A stretch of 64,000 bases of DNA from Candidatus Poribacteria bacterium (GTDB taxonomy: Bacteria; Poribacteria; WGA-4E; PCPOR2b), in the NCBI GenBank assembly GCA_965116925.1, contig OZ220744.1, positions 6,208,955-6,272,954 of the forward strand, in the 5' to 3' direction. Positions within the stretch are counted from its first letter, which is position 1. Each line of letters begins with the position of its first letter. This document shows positions 1 to 10,057 of the stretch, in pieces. The notes beneath the pieces are model-generated. The model was given only the letters and a program-made list of their open reading frames with translations, had not been told where the DNA came from and searched no databases. The position numbers were made by a program, and so were the translations under genes.

Positions 1-1
1 C

Positions 2-814
2 AGAGTAATCCGGGAACTGGATCCTAATGGAGAGAACGTTTTAACGGGCGTCTCTTTTGGCAAAGGCCTGCCGAGAGCACTCGCTCTTTCTGGTGTACCG
101 GCCACCTCTGTTGATAATCTTGACACCTACGGATTGATGACCGATATCGAGGCGGATCCACAGCGTCTCCAAGCCCTTGAGATATTCAAGGAGATGTACA
201 GTCCTGCTATCGGCACCGGTGTTGTAATGGATTATCTGTCGCAAACGGGGCTTGATGTCATCAAAGGTTCCGACGAGTTAAAGAGAGCCCCCGCGATGTA
301 CACCTCTGAGGTTGAGTACGAAAGTAACCCGATCGCCAAGAGTTTGCGGGATGTTGCGCGCGTTCACCTTGCCGACCTCGGAACGAGGGTATTTTACACG
401 CAGCACGGCGGCTACGATCACCATGCAAATGAGGTCCCGTCGCATCCGAAACTGCTCGCAGAGCTATCGGGAGCAATTCGCGATTTCTTCAAGGACTTGC
501 GTGACCACAACGCCTCTGACGAGGTGGTTATGCTCGTCTTTTCAGAGTTTGGACGACGCATCAGGGACAACGCCAGCGGCACTGACCACGGCACCGGCGG
601 TGGTGCCTTCATCATCGGCGACCATGTCGAAGGGGGACTATACGCAGAGTATCCATCCCTTGACCCCGCTCGATGGGCAAACGGCGAAGACCTTGAGCAT
701 ACAATAGACTTCCGTGGCATATACGGAACAGTCCTTGAGCAGTGGATGGGGCTCGACCCTGTTCCAATAGTGGATGGAACATTTGAACAGATCTATCCTT
801 TTGCCAGCAGATAA
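2..814 (+). CDS. DUF1501-family protein, 5'-partial
   Basis: Frame is open from position 2 (RVIRELDPNG...). DUF1501 motifs GGYDHHA, FSEFGRR...NASGTDHG and IDFRGIY are present. Confidence 0.85.
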   Translation, partial: RVIRELDPNGENVLTGVSFGKGLPRALALSGVPATSVDNLDTYGLMTDIEADPQRLQALEIFKEMYSPAIGTGVVMDYLSQTGLDVIKGSDELKRAPAMYTSEVEYESNPIAKSLRDVARVHLADLGTRVFYTQHGGYDHHANEVPSHPKLLAELSGAIRDFFKDLRDHNASDEVVMLVFSEFGRRIRDNASGTDHGTGGGAFIIGDHVEGGLYAEYPSLDPARWANGEDLEHTIDFRGIYGTVLEQWMGLDPVPIVDGTFEQIYPFASR

Positions 815-969
815 AATTTGAGGGGGCGAGTATATGAGTGTATGAGAGAACGTGGGAGAATGGAATAACGGAAAAACCTGAAAGCGGGACTCGTTTTCTC
901 GTCTGCTCGTTTTCTTGATTCCCCTCACACACTCGCTCACCCGCTCACACAGATTCCAGGAGGTGAATC

Positions 970-1965
970 ATGGGTAGACCATATGGACTGCTACGTGCAG
1001 GTTTCCCATTTTTCAAGACTGTAGGTATGCGACGACACACCAACTTTCCCGTTGATGTTGCACTTGGAAAGGAAAACCGCCTGTACATATTGTGTCGAAG
1101 CGGCGATGCTTCAATGATTAGAAAGTACAGCGTGGATGAAGATAACTTAGGCGAAATTGGTGGTGTAGCGACGTGGGGGGTTGCAATTATTGCCGATAGT
1201 GAGGAAAATCTTTACATCTCCGACGAAGCGAAGCATTGTATCGCATCATTCAACACAGATGGTGAGTCCCTCGGCAGTTGGGGGGAGCATGGCGATGGAG
1301 ATGGACAACTCAACGCTCCCGCAGGAATCGCCTTCGACGCGGAAGAAAATATCTACGTTGCCGATGCCTTGAATCACAGAGTTCAGAAGTTCACTAAGGA
1401 CGGCGAGTTTATCTCGAAGTGGGGCAGCCACGGCGATGGAGAGGGCGAATTCGATATGCCTTGGGGCATAACCGTCGATGAGCTGGGAGATGTTTACGTC
1501 GTAGACTGGCGCAACGATAGGGTGCAAAAGTTCAATTCCGAGGGCGAGTTTATTTTCGCATTCGGTAAGTCGGGCTCTGGAGATGGTGAATTCAACAGAC
1601 CCACTGACGTTGCGGTAGACGAGCACGGCGATATTTACGTGGCTGACTGTGGAAATGACCGCGTACAACTGTTCAATTCCGAACCGAGGTATGTGGAAAA
1701 ATTCCTAGGAGACGCATCGCTGTCACAAGCTGCGATCGATTATATGATGACAAACGCCAACCCTAATCGTCTGAGGGATATGGCGAATCTTGAGCCACAG
1801 AAATTGTTGAGGCGTCCGACATCGGTGACGATCAATGGAGATGGGCTGCTGTTTATATCAGACAATTGCTCCTATCGGGTGCAGGTCTACAAGAAGCACG
1901 CCATTCCGCTGACCGAGCTAGAGCTTGCTCCCCCAAGACGGTCACCGACGCTTCACCAAGAGTAA
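970..1965 (+). CDS. NHL-repeat beta-propeller protein
   Basis: Repeated P.GIA.D..GNIYVAD..N.RVQKF units; GGAGG RBS upstream. Confidence 0.9.
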   Translation: MGRPYGLLRAGFPFFKTVGMRRHTNFPVDVALGKENRLYILCRSGDASMIRKYSVDEDNLGEIGGVATWGVAIIADSEENLYISDEAKHCIASFNTDGESLGSWGEHGDGDGQLNAPAGIAFDAEENIYVADALNHRVQKFTKDGEFISKWGSHGDGEGEFDMPWGITVDELGDVYVVDWRNDRVQKFNSEGEFIFAFGKSGSGDGEFNRPTDVAVDEHGDIYVADCGNDRVQLFNSEPRYVEKFLGDASLSQAAIDYMMTNANPNRLRDMANLEPQKLLRRPTSVTINGDGLLFISDNCSYRVQVYKKHAIPLTELELAPPRRSPTLHQE

Positions 1966-1987
1966 TTTAAGCTTATAGGTATTGTTC

Positions 1988-2025
1988 AGCCCTCGGTCTT
2001 AAATTTGACTGAGGGCTTTTTTTTT
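1988..2025 (+). terminator. Rho-independent terminator
   Basis: AGCCCTCGGTC/GACTGAGGGCT stem followed by a T-run, just after the NHL stop. Confidence 0.8.
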
Positions 2026-2082
2026 AGCGATGGGGCTGCATCATCGCACCGTTCCGCAGCAACGCTGGTTAGCGAGAATAAT

Positions 2083-3996
2083 ATGTCTTTAAGAGCGATT
2101 ATCATCGGCATCGCCTTGGTCATCATACAGACAGCGATCACACCGTATAATGACTATTACCTCCAAGGGACAGATATTTCCGGGAGTCATTTCCCTCTGG
2201 GAGCGCTATTTGCGCTGATTGTCCTCACCCTAGGCATTAATCCTATCCTCAAAAAGATAACACCGAAGGCGGAGTTGAATCCCGGTGAATTGATGATCGT
2301 ATGGGTGATGCTAGTTGTCACTTCCGCTATTCCCTCCAAAGGGATGATGGGGTATCTGCTTCCCTATATAGTCGCGACACGCTACTTCGCTACGCCAGAA
2401 AACGAATGGGCTGAGGCGCTCTACCCTCACCTTCCAGATTGGCTTGTGGTATGGGATAGACAAGCGGTCTCAGATTTCTACACCGGCGAAGCGTTCGTTC
2501 CATGGGCGGTGTGGGCAAAGCCGCTTTTCGCTTGGACGATATTTATTATCGTACTCTACTTTGTCACAATCTGTTTGTCGGTTGTTCTGCGGAAGCAGTG
2601 GGTTGAACACGAACGGTTCATATTCCCGCTTGTTGCCGTGCCCGCCGAGATGGTTCAGCGTACGCAACCCAACGCCCTACTCAGCGGCTTTTTCAAGAGC
2701 AGAGCGATGTGGATAGGCTTCACAATTGCCGCCGCATTTCATCTGCTCAACGGCTTCCACGAATACTTTCCCGCACTCCCTCGCATTCCGAACCGCTACG
2801 ACCTTTACGGTCCATTCACCGAGCGACCGTGGATCGTGATGCGCTGGTGGCCCCAACTCCGCTTGTTCCTCTATTTCTCAGTTATCGGTATCACATATCT
2901 TCTCAGTATGGAGGTCTCCTTTAGTTGCTGGTTCTTCTTTCTTTTCTTCAAAGTTCAGTATCTGATCATCAACGGTTTTTCCATTCCGATCAATCCCTGG
3001 ATCTGTGCACGGGGACAAACGATGGCGGTCTACGTAGTGCTTGTATTGGCTTTCATATACAACAGCCGCTACCATCTCAGGGATATACTGAAAAAGACAT
3101 TCGCTGAAAGGCACGCAGCCAAAGCAATTGACGATTCCAACGAACCGCTCCCTTACAGATGGGCATTGCTGGGATTGATTTTTGGATTTCTTTTGCTGGG
3201 CCTCCTCTGTGCCTACGCAGGGATGACCCTCTGGGTGGCACTGAGCATTATCGCATTTTTTCTAATCGTCTCTACCGCCTTGACATGGATGGTCGTCAAC
3301 GGCGGACTCCTGCTCATCCAAGCCCCAATGTATCCCTCCGAATATTTCGAGACTACAGTTGGGACAAGAATCATCGGCGCGAACAGTTGGAGCCTCTTGG
3401 GATTCCAACGGGTCATGATGCGCGATTGGGGTGGGATTTTGATGCCGAGTATTCTACACGGATTCAAAGCTGCCGACCCTGTGAAACTCAATCGAAGGAG
3501 TCTATCTTGGGCGATAACTCTCGCCATTCTCTTTTCAATAGCCGTTTCCTATGTTGCATCGTTATCGCTGATTTATGACAAAGGCGCGTTAAACTTACAA
3601 CAGGGTCCCTTCATCAGGTCACCCAGATATTTTAACCATATAGCCTCGGTGATTCAGTACCCAAAGGGCCCAAAATGGGCTGAGATTTACAGTATGCTTG
3701 TCGGCACCGGAATTATCTCGTTTCTCCTTGTTATGCGCCATCAATTTATTTGGTGGAAATTGCATCCAATCGGCTATGTGATGGGAGCTGTCTATTCATC
3801 CTATTTTCTTTGGGCGTCGATATTTATCGGTTGGCTTTTGAAGTATTTGATTATGAAGACCGGAGGGGTTGGGAGTTACCGTAAACTCAGACCGTTGTTC
3901 ATGGGGTTGATTCTCGGTGAGTACGGCGTTGTCGGGTTGTGGATGGTCATTGGCATTTTTACAGGGGTGGACTATCGTGGGGCGCTGCCCGGGTAA
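2083..3996 (+). CDS. DUF6785/DUF6784-like polytopic membrane protein (putative transporter)
   Basis: Many TM segments; motifs KQWVEHERFIFPL and WWKLHPIGY, GLILGE near the C-terminus. Start moved to ATG 2083 because the upstream extension runs through the terminator. Confidence 0.75.
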   Translation: MSLRAIIIGIALVIIQTAITPYNDYYLQGTDISGSHFPLGALFALIVLTLGINPILKKITPKAELNPGELMIVWVMLVVTSAIPSKGMMGYLLPYIVATRYFATPENEWAEALYPHLPDWLVVWDRQAVSDFYTGEAFVPWAVWAKPLFAWTIFIIVLYFVTICLSVVLRKQWVEHERFIFPLVAVPAEMVQRTQPNALLSGFFKSRAMWIGFTIAAAFHLLNGFHEYFPALPRIPNRYDLYGPFTERPWIVMRWWPQLRLFLYFSVIGITYLLSMEVSFSCWFFFLFFKVQYLIINGFSIPINPWICARGQTMAVYVVLVLAFIYNSRYHLRDILKKTFAERHAAKAIDDSNEPLPYRWALLGLIFGFLLLGLLCAYAGMTLWVALSIIAFFLIVSTALTWMVVNGGLLLIQAPMYPSEYFETTVGTRIIGANSWSLLGFQRVMMRDWGGILMPSILHGFKAADPVKLNRRSLSWAITLAILFSIAVSYVASLSLIYDKGALNLQQGPFIRSPRYFNHIASVIQYPKGPKWAEIYSMLVGTGIISFLLVMRHQFIWWKLHPIGYVMGAVYSSYFLWASIFIGWLLKYLIMKTGGVGSYRKLRPLFMGLILGEYGVVGLWMVIGIFTGVDYRGALPG

Positions 3997-4041
3997 TATT
4001 TTTAGCTTTTCTGTTTGGTTCATGTCAAGAAATCGTGCAGT

Positions 4042-4074
4042 AGAAACCGAGCTCTTGACAAAAACTCGACTTCT
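4042..4074. repeat. Palindromic element AGAAACCGAG..GACAAAAACTCG, degenerate copy
   Basis: Near-identical to the cleaner palindrome at 38170-38202. Confidence 0.6.
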
Positions 4075-4111
4075 CTTCCCACTCCCGCAAACTGGGAGCC
4101 AATAAACCTCT

Positions 4112-4135
4112 TCACGTTTCACGCATCACGTTTCA
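4112..4135 (+). repeat. Heptamer array (TCACGTT/TCACGCA)
   Basis: TCACGTT TCACGCA TCACGTT TCA; the same unit occurs at 19534, 41123 and 51014. Confidence 0.7.
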
Positions 4136-4160
4136 GTTTCTTTAAGTTTCATCGGGTTTT

Positions 4161-6155
4161 TCACACCCATACCGTATACATGGGGCGATCTAAGATGATC
4201 CCAAGCAGCGACCAACCGCACGCGAAGATATAATCCCCCACAATCAATCCAAGAAAAAACGGCAGCGATCGGCGATACGCCCGGGCACCGCCACTCCGCA
4301 GAATTATCCACTTCAGTGTCGAGGCAAAAACTATCGTAAACCAGTAATCATCGACGCAGCGGCTCGTTGCTAGCGCATAGCCCGCTGGGTGAAATGGCCA
4401 CCAGAGTAAGGTGCGACGTAAGAAGGTCAAGACAAATGTCAGTGACAGTCCAAAAAGCAAAAAGCCGTTACCAATCCAATCCGGTGAGCGAGGGTGCTGC
4501 AGCCAATCGGACAATCGGTTGAAGGCATCCCACCCAACCGCTCTCATCCCACCGGCGCGCGCTTCGGCACCGTAGCGATAGAGAGCATGCGGAAAAATGA
4601 TGAACGCCGAAAGGAGTCCCACTACCGTTGCAAGAATCAGAAACCAAAAGACAGGACGACTTGAAAAACCTGTCTGTTCGGCGATTTTGAAGCCTTCGAG
4701 TTGGTGCGGCATAAGGTAGTTTCGCTTGCGATAGCTGAACCAGACGAAAAGGGATAAGCCCGAAAGGTTACGGGGACCGAAGCTGCGAGTTCCCAACAAA
4801 CTCACTAGCGAATCTTGCGGGGAAACCACGTGCATGATATGCTCCGGTACGCCGGATTCAGCGCGGATGCGTGCCATAGCAATACACATCATCAGGAAAA
4901 GGAGAAAGAAGGTTACCACGACCCAAAGCGATAATCCCATCTGTTGAGCGAAAATGCCAAGTAGTACGCTGCAAATCACAATGCCAAGAACCGCACCACG
5001 ATACCGCAACGGTTCGCGAGAATCGTCTATCCCTGTGCCCAAGCAGACTTTTCTGATCACATCCCGCAGATGACGGTTGATCGAGACGAGGGCAATTATG
5101 CAGATGCCTAGCACAGCCCCCATTGATTGTTGCCCCAAAAAAGGGTATCCCGGAATATTTGACCACCCGGTTATAGCACCGGCAATCCGTTCGATTTTGC
5201 GAAGTATGTAGAAGAACCAGCAAGAGATGGACAGATCCAACGGCAGCAGATAGGTCATGCCGATCATGAAGAAGCGGAAACGGATGGGTGTCCACCCGAT
5301 AGCGTTCCACGGTTTTTCTGTGAAATAGTGGTCGAGTCGGATACCCCGCACCGGTATGTAGGGGACGCTGGGATAGAGGTAGTTTAGTCCGTTGATGATG
5401 TCGACAACCGCCGCTACTGTAAAGCCAATCCAGAACAACCGGCTGTGAAATAGTCGGGTTTTGGGGTTACTCATCGAAAGCGGCAGCTGTATGATCGGAT
5501 AGGTCAGTTTCTCCTGTTCCGTCCAAGGGCGACGCAGGATGACCGTGATACAGAGCAGCAGAATGGTCATAACTAACACAAGAAATGTCCAACTGATCGC
5601 CGGGATTAACCAGTATCGCCAATAATTCGCCCCGTAAAAATCGACCTCTCCAACGTAAAAATCATGCACGGCTTCTCTGTTGGTAATGATTAGCCATGAC
5701 GGCAGATGTCCTGCAAACAGATTTCCCCAATCGTTTTCGACAGTTGCATACCATGTCGTATGTGGCAAAACGCCTATCAACCCAACGAGGCTATCGTAGC
5801 CCGCAACCGCGCTCGATGTTGCCAGGATGATGTAAATCACTAGGAGATCCTGCTGTGAGAACGCTAGCCAAGGGGAGATTCGACGCGCAACCGCGTTATA
5901 ACCGATGAGCCAAAACAGGATAAAGATGACATTCAACGGGAGCGATACAGCGGTGAAATGCAATCCGGTCCACACCATTTCTGCCACAGCGATCCAATAG
6001 ATATTGAGCGGGATGAGCGCGATAGCAAAGACGACAGCCTTCCATGAAATCCCTTGGGTTTGAGTGGGACCCAAAGCGTTTGGTTTCTCCTCCCGTGCTC
6101 CGGTTTGGGATCGAGAATCAGAGGGTTTTCCCGCGTTCCAAGCTTCCATTGGCAC
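4161..6155 (-). CDS. DUF6785/DUF6784-like polytopic membrane protein, paralogue
   Basis: Same motifs as 2083-3996 (RPWTEQEKLTYP, WWPFHPAGY, GLIVGD). Confidence 0.75.
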   Translation of the reverse strand: MPMEAWNAGKPSDSRSQTGAREEKPNALGPTQTQGISWKAVVFAIALIPLNIYWIAVAEMVWTGLHFTAVSLPLNVIFILFWLIGYNAVARRISPWLAFSQQDLLVIYIILATSSAVAGYDSLVGLIGVLPHTTWYATVENDWGNLFAGHLPSWLIITNREAVHDFYVGEVDFYGANYWRYWLIPAISWTFLVLVMTILLLCITVILRRPWTEQEKLTYPIIQLPLSMSNPKTRLFHSRLFWIGFTVAAVVDIINGLNYLYPSVPYIPVRGIRLDHYFTEKPWNAIGWTPIRFRFFMIGMTYLLPLDLSISCWFFYILRKIERIAGAITGWSNIPGYPFLGQQSMGAVLGICIIALVSINRHLRDVIRKVCLGTGIDDSREPLRYRGAVLGIVICSVLLGIFAQQMGLSLWVVVTFFLLFLMMCIAMARIRAESGVPEHIMHVVSPQDSLVSLLGTRSFGPRNLSGLSLFVWFSYRKRNYLMPHQLEGFKIAEQTGFSSRPVFWFLILATVVGLLSAFIIFPHALYRYGAEARAGGMRAVGWDAFNRLSDWLQHPRSPDWIGNGFLLFGLSLTFVLTFLRRTLLWWPFHPAGYALATSRCVDDYWFTIVFASTLKWIILRSGGARAYRRSLPFFLGLIVGDYIFACGWSLLGIILDRPMYTVWV

Positions 6156-6451
6156 TTCCCTTTTTGCTTGGTCAGTTTGGAGTAACTGTTCAACCGTCGA
6201 TGCTGCTCTCTAGGATTTACGCTGCTGAAATCAGTGATACGGCGGGTTGCTTGTGCCGTGCGAATTGATCGTTTGACGAGCTCTCACGGACGAAGTTCTT
6301 ACGTCCGGCTTACCTTGCGCCGTTTTCGGAAGATCTCGTTGCTTGTACACCGCTTGACATTCTAACATAGTGTTTCAGTAATCAACATCAAAAATGGTTC
6401 GCTCAACCTGAAACCGTTTCTTGGGGAACGAAATTCGCTTCTCCTTTCAGG

Positions 6452-6480
6452 TTTACAGGTTCGGTTGAATTTGATATAAT
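6452..6480 (+). promoter_or_regulatory. sigma70-type promoter
   Basis: TTTACA-17 nt-TATAAT, about 100 nt upstream of the PhyH gene at 6582. Confidence 0.6.
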
Positions 6481-6581
6481 ATGCTGCATGTATAAGTGTG
6501 CCGTAGGCTGATGGATTGTCTGCTGCCTTGTCGCAGTTAAGACTTGCACAGAAAAATGAGCGATAAATCAAGGAGGCATGT

Positions 6582-7487
6582 ATGGATACATCGTGTTTTG
6601 ATTATTGCTTGACCGAAGATGAACACCGCGAATTTGAGAAGAACGGTTTTTTTATAGTGGAGGACGTTTTACCATCGGAGATGGTCAAAGACCTCACGAC
6701 TGTCGTAGACCGGCTCGATGCCCAATACCGGAGCACGGAGATATCGCCGGATCAAAAAGTTCATGGCACTATAGACCCGAACCGACCTCCAGCAGAGTTA
6801 GTCGGTCCTTATGATCGGCTGAATCTGATGGACTTTGTGGGGAAAGACGAAATTTTTCTGGAGCTGCTCGATTGGTATAAGACGTTCCCAAAAGTATGGG
6901 GGCTCTTGGGTTGGAACATCCAGCTCTATCACTCCCATATGACGGTCACTCCGCCGGGGCCACGCGACGCAGCTGAGGTGAAAAAGCGTTTGGGATGGCA
7001 TCAGGATAGTGCGCGTTTGAATCACGAATTGGAAACGACTCCCCAACCGCGCATCTCCCTCAAAGTGGCTTTCTTTCTGACTGACACCACAGAAGAGGGA
7101 CGGGGCAATTTCTATGTCCTTCCCGGCAGCCAGCTACGGAAAACACCCGACTTTCCCTCAGATGGCGTTTCGGATCCTGAAGAGGCGTTAGCTGTGAAGG
7201 TGCCGTCCGGCTCAGCGGTATTTTTCGATCGCCGCCTCTGGCATTCCGCCAGTCCAAATTACTCGGATATCCCGCGAAAGGTGCTTTTCTACGGTTACAG
7301 CTACCGGTGGTTAAGACCTAGGGACGACATGACTGTGGATCACTTTATGGATCGCTGCGATCCGATTCGACAGCAGCTGCTCGGTGCTAGCACAGGCGGG
7401 CACGGCTATACGTCCCCGACCGATGAAGACGTGCCGTTGAAGCTTTGGTTGGCGGAGCACCTCGGTGAGGAGGCGGTGGCGGCTTAA
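6582..7487 (+). CDS. Phytanoyl-CoA dioxygenase (PhyH) family Fe(II)/2OG oxygenase
   Basis: WHQD...WHSA facial triad, VLPGS motif, distal Arg (PRKV). Confidence 0.9.
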   Translation: MDTSCFDYCLTEDEHREFEKNGFFIVEDVLPSEMVKDLTTVVDRLDAQYRSTEISPDQKVHGTIDPNRPPAELVGPYDRLNLMDFVGKDEIFLELLDWYKTFPKVWGLLGWNIQLYHSHMTVTPPGPRDAAEVKKRLGWHQDSARLNHELETTPQPRISLKVAFFLTDTTEEGRGNFYVLPGSQLRKTPDFPSDGVSDPEEALAVKVPSGSAVFFDRRLWHSASPNYSDIPRKVLFYGYSYRWLRPRDDMTVDHFMDRCDPIRQQLLGASTGGHGYTSPTDEDVPLKLWLAEHLGEEAVAA

Positions 7488-7535
7488 ACGTTTATCGCTT
7501 TATCTCGACTTTCGGAAGAAGATCCATCCGTTTTT

Positions 7536-7997
7536 TCACGCCTCGTCCTCCAGATCTTCTTCCGTCATAATTTCTATCCCGTGCCGGCGAAATAGTGCTG
7601 CGGTGACCCCATCACTATCGGTGAGGTTGCCGGTGAAAGAGCCGTCGTATATCTTGCCACAGCCGCAGGATGGGCTTTTCGACTTGAGGATGGCGTGGGT
7701 CGCACGATGTGCCTGAGCGATTTCTAATGCACGATAAGCACCCGCTATAAACGCCTCGGTTTTGTCTTCACCATCTGCGGTGACGACTCGCGCCCTCCCG
7801 TCGAGGACCTCCTCACCATCTCCGCCGACAATCTCGGCAGCCGGTCGAGGAGTTGAAAGCCCGCCCATCTGCTCTGGACAGATCTGAATCAATGAATCTG
7901 CTTCAACTTTGCTCATGACCGCTTCGCTCTTGCTATCGAGACCGTTATAACGGCATTTCTCACCGACGAGACACGCGCTGATGACAATTTTTTTCAT
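7536..7997 (-). CDS. DUF523 / 2-thiouracil desulfurase (TudS-like) family protein
   Basis: SACLVGEKCRY, CPEQ and KSPSCG motifs. Confidence 0.85.
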   Translation of the reverse strand: MKKIVISACLVGEKCRYNGLDSKSEAVMSKVEADSLIQICPEQMGGLSTPRPAAEIVGGDGEEVLDGRARVVTADGEDKTEAFIAGAYRALEIAQAHRATHAILKSKSPSCGCGKIYDGSFTGNLTDSDGVTAALFRRHGIEIMTEEDLEDEA

Positions 7998-8043
7998 GGC
8001 AATTTACCGGTTGAAACCTTGCACAGCTTCTAACCTTTTCGAT

Positions 8044-8071
8044 GTAGGGAACGCAGATCTGCGTTCCCTAC
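8044..8071. repeat. GTAG-type REP palindrome
   Basis: Perfect 28-bp palindrome GTAGGGAACGCAGATCTGCGTTCCCTAC; variant at 29361-29388. Confidence 0.85.
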
Positions 8072-8075
8072 TTTT

Positions 8076-8183
8076 TATAGTGAATTCAAAAGATAAATAG
8101 ACACTTTCGCTCCCCATGTTTGGTAGGCGCTGTTTCCAACTGCGCCGATTTGGAGTGTTTCATTAATTCTGAGATCTACTATA
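8076..8183 (-). mobile_element. 108-bp MITE-like element, copy A
   Basis: TATAGT...ACTATA termini; reverse complement of the copies at 18210, 19586 and 54340. Confidence 0.85.
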
Positions 8184-8198
8184 AATTCAAGTTCACAA

Positions 8199-10037
8199 AT
8201 GTCAACCCAATTCTCGCAACTGAGCGAACACATTTTTATTCATCATGGCTCTATCAACGTCGGCATTTTGCGTGACGGAAATCGCGCCCTGTTAATTGAG
8301 TGTGGTGATGGCAGCGTTCGTTCAACTCTTGATACGCTCGGAATCACGACAGTTGATACGGTGTTGTTCACGCATCATCACCGCGATCAAGCATCGGGGG
8401 TTCGGATCGTAGCCTCAAGTGACACGCGCATTGGAGTTCCAGCACAGGAGTGCCAATGGTTCGAGTCGGTCGAAACGTTCTGGAACGATCCACAGATGCG
8501 TTGGCATCTCTACAACTATCACCCTCACAACCTGATGCTCGCCGAATCCATCCCTGTGACCGAGGCTTATGCCGAGGGTGATTCCCTCCAATGGGGAAAC
8601 GCAAAAATCCGCGTAATAGATACACCCGGGCACACAGATGGAAGTGTCTCTTACACGGTTGAAGTTGATGGACTCTGTTTTGCCTTTTGCGGCGATCTGA
8701 TTTACGATACAGGACAGATCTGGGAACTATACAGTCTCCAAAAAGGGGGAGAGACAACGGATTATCACGGTTTTCTCGGTGATAGGGGACGATTGACCCA
8801 TAGCCTCAAAAAAGTACGGCAACGGTATCCCGAAGTCCTGATCCCTTCACATGGAAAGATTATGCACGATCCGAGCGGGGCTATAGAGACACTCCTACAG
8901 CGACTCGATGCCTGCTACGATAAGTATATTGCCATATCCGCACTCCGATACCACTTTCCGAAACTGTTCACCGCGTTTGAGGGCAGTGCCGGGCATATGC
9001 CCATCCGCGATGGTATAGAGGTGCCCGAATTCCTGCGCCATTATGGAACAACATGGATGATTATCTCAGAGAACGGGGAGGCGTTCGTTATGGATTGCGG
9101 CAGCCCCGGTATACTGAAACAGATTCAGCGTCTCAAAGCCAAAGGGGAGATCTCAGATGTGACAGAGTTTTGGATTACCCACTACCACGATGATCATGTG
9201 GATGCCATCCCTGAATTTCAGGAAAGTTTTCCCTGCACAACCCGAACCGATTCAATTGTGGCTGACGTTGTAGAAAACCCACACGGCTTCCGTCTCCCCT
9301 GCATTTCACCCGCTATCGCCCAGATCGATCATCGTACCCAAGATGGTGATTCGTGGCGGTGGAACGAGTTCAAGATGACCGCTTACCACTTCCCCGGTCA
9401 GACCTACTATCACGGTGGATTGCTCGTCGAAGGACGCGGTGTCCGTATGTTCTTCGCAGGCGATTCTTTCACAATGGCAGGCATTGATGATTACTGCTCT
9501 GGAAATCGTAATCTGCTCGGTGAAGGTGTAGGATATGATCGATGCCTCGCTTGGATCGCTGAACTCAAACCGACCCATATCTTCAACTGCCACGTACCGT
9601 GTGCGTTTACTTTTACGGACGAAGAGATTCGGCAGATGCGTATGAATCTTGCTGAAAGAGAGCGTCTCTATGCAGATCTTTTTCCGTGGGACCATCCCAA
9701 CTACGGGATGGACGAGCACTGGGTACGTCCCTACCCTTACGAGCAAAACGTCACCGCCGGCGAGACAGTGACCTTGGATCTGGTTGTTACCAATCACTCC
9801 GCACAAGCGCGAATTGCAAGTTGCCGCCCAATTCTTCCTGAATCATGGAGCATGGACATTCCCGAACAGACGGTGACCATTCCACCAAGGCAGGAGGGAC
9901 ATATCACCTTTTCGATTCCAATTCCAACACACGCCAACGGCGTGCAACGCACCGTTATTCCTCTATATATAACTTATGATGGACGACCGCTCGGACAGTT
10001 CCGTGAAGCGATTTTTGTTTTTCCCTCCGATGCCTAA
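8199..10037 (+). CDS. Tandem MBL-fold metallo-hydrolase with C-terminal beta-sandwich
   Basis: Two MBL motif sets: THHHRDQ/TPGHT/GD and THYHDDH/FPGQT/GD/CH. Confidence 0.8.
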   Translation: MSTQFSQLSEHIFIHHGSINVGILRDGNRALLIECGDGSVRSTLDTLGITTVDTVLFTHHHRDQASGVRIVASSDTRIGVPAQECQWFESVETFWNDPQMRWHLYNYHPHNLMLAESIPVTEAYAEGDSLQWGNAKIRVIDTPGHTDGSVSYTVEVDGLCFAFCGDLIYDTGQIWELYSLQKGGETTDYHGFLGDRGRLTHSLKKVRQRYPEVLIPSHGKIMHDPSGAIETLLQRLDACYDKYIAISALRYHFPKLFTAFEGSAGHMPIRDGIEVPEFLRHYGTTWMIISENGEAFVMDCGSPGILKQIQRLKAKGEISDVTEFWITHYHDDHVDAIPEFQESFPCTTRTDSIVADVVENPHGFRLPCISPAIAQIDHRTQDGDSWRWNEFKMTAYHFPGQTYYHGGLLVEGRGVRMFFAGDSFTMAGIDDYCSGNRNLLGEGVGYDRCLAWIAELKPTHIFNCHVPCAFTFTDEEIRQMRMNLAERERLYADLFPWDHPNYGMDEHWVRPYPYEQNVTAGETVTLDLVVTNHSAQARIASCRPILPESWSMDIPEQTVTIPPRQEGHITFSIPIPTHANGVQRTVIPLYITYDGRPLGQFREAIFVFPSDA

Positions 10038-10057
10038 TACACCATGAAATTTGCCTT

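Noticed and set aside
2-1965. DUF1501 + NHL pair as a novel system
   Set aside because: The locus is truncated by the window edge, and both families are common in such genomes. Nothing here distinguishes it.
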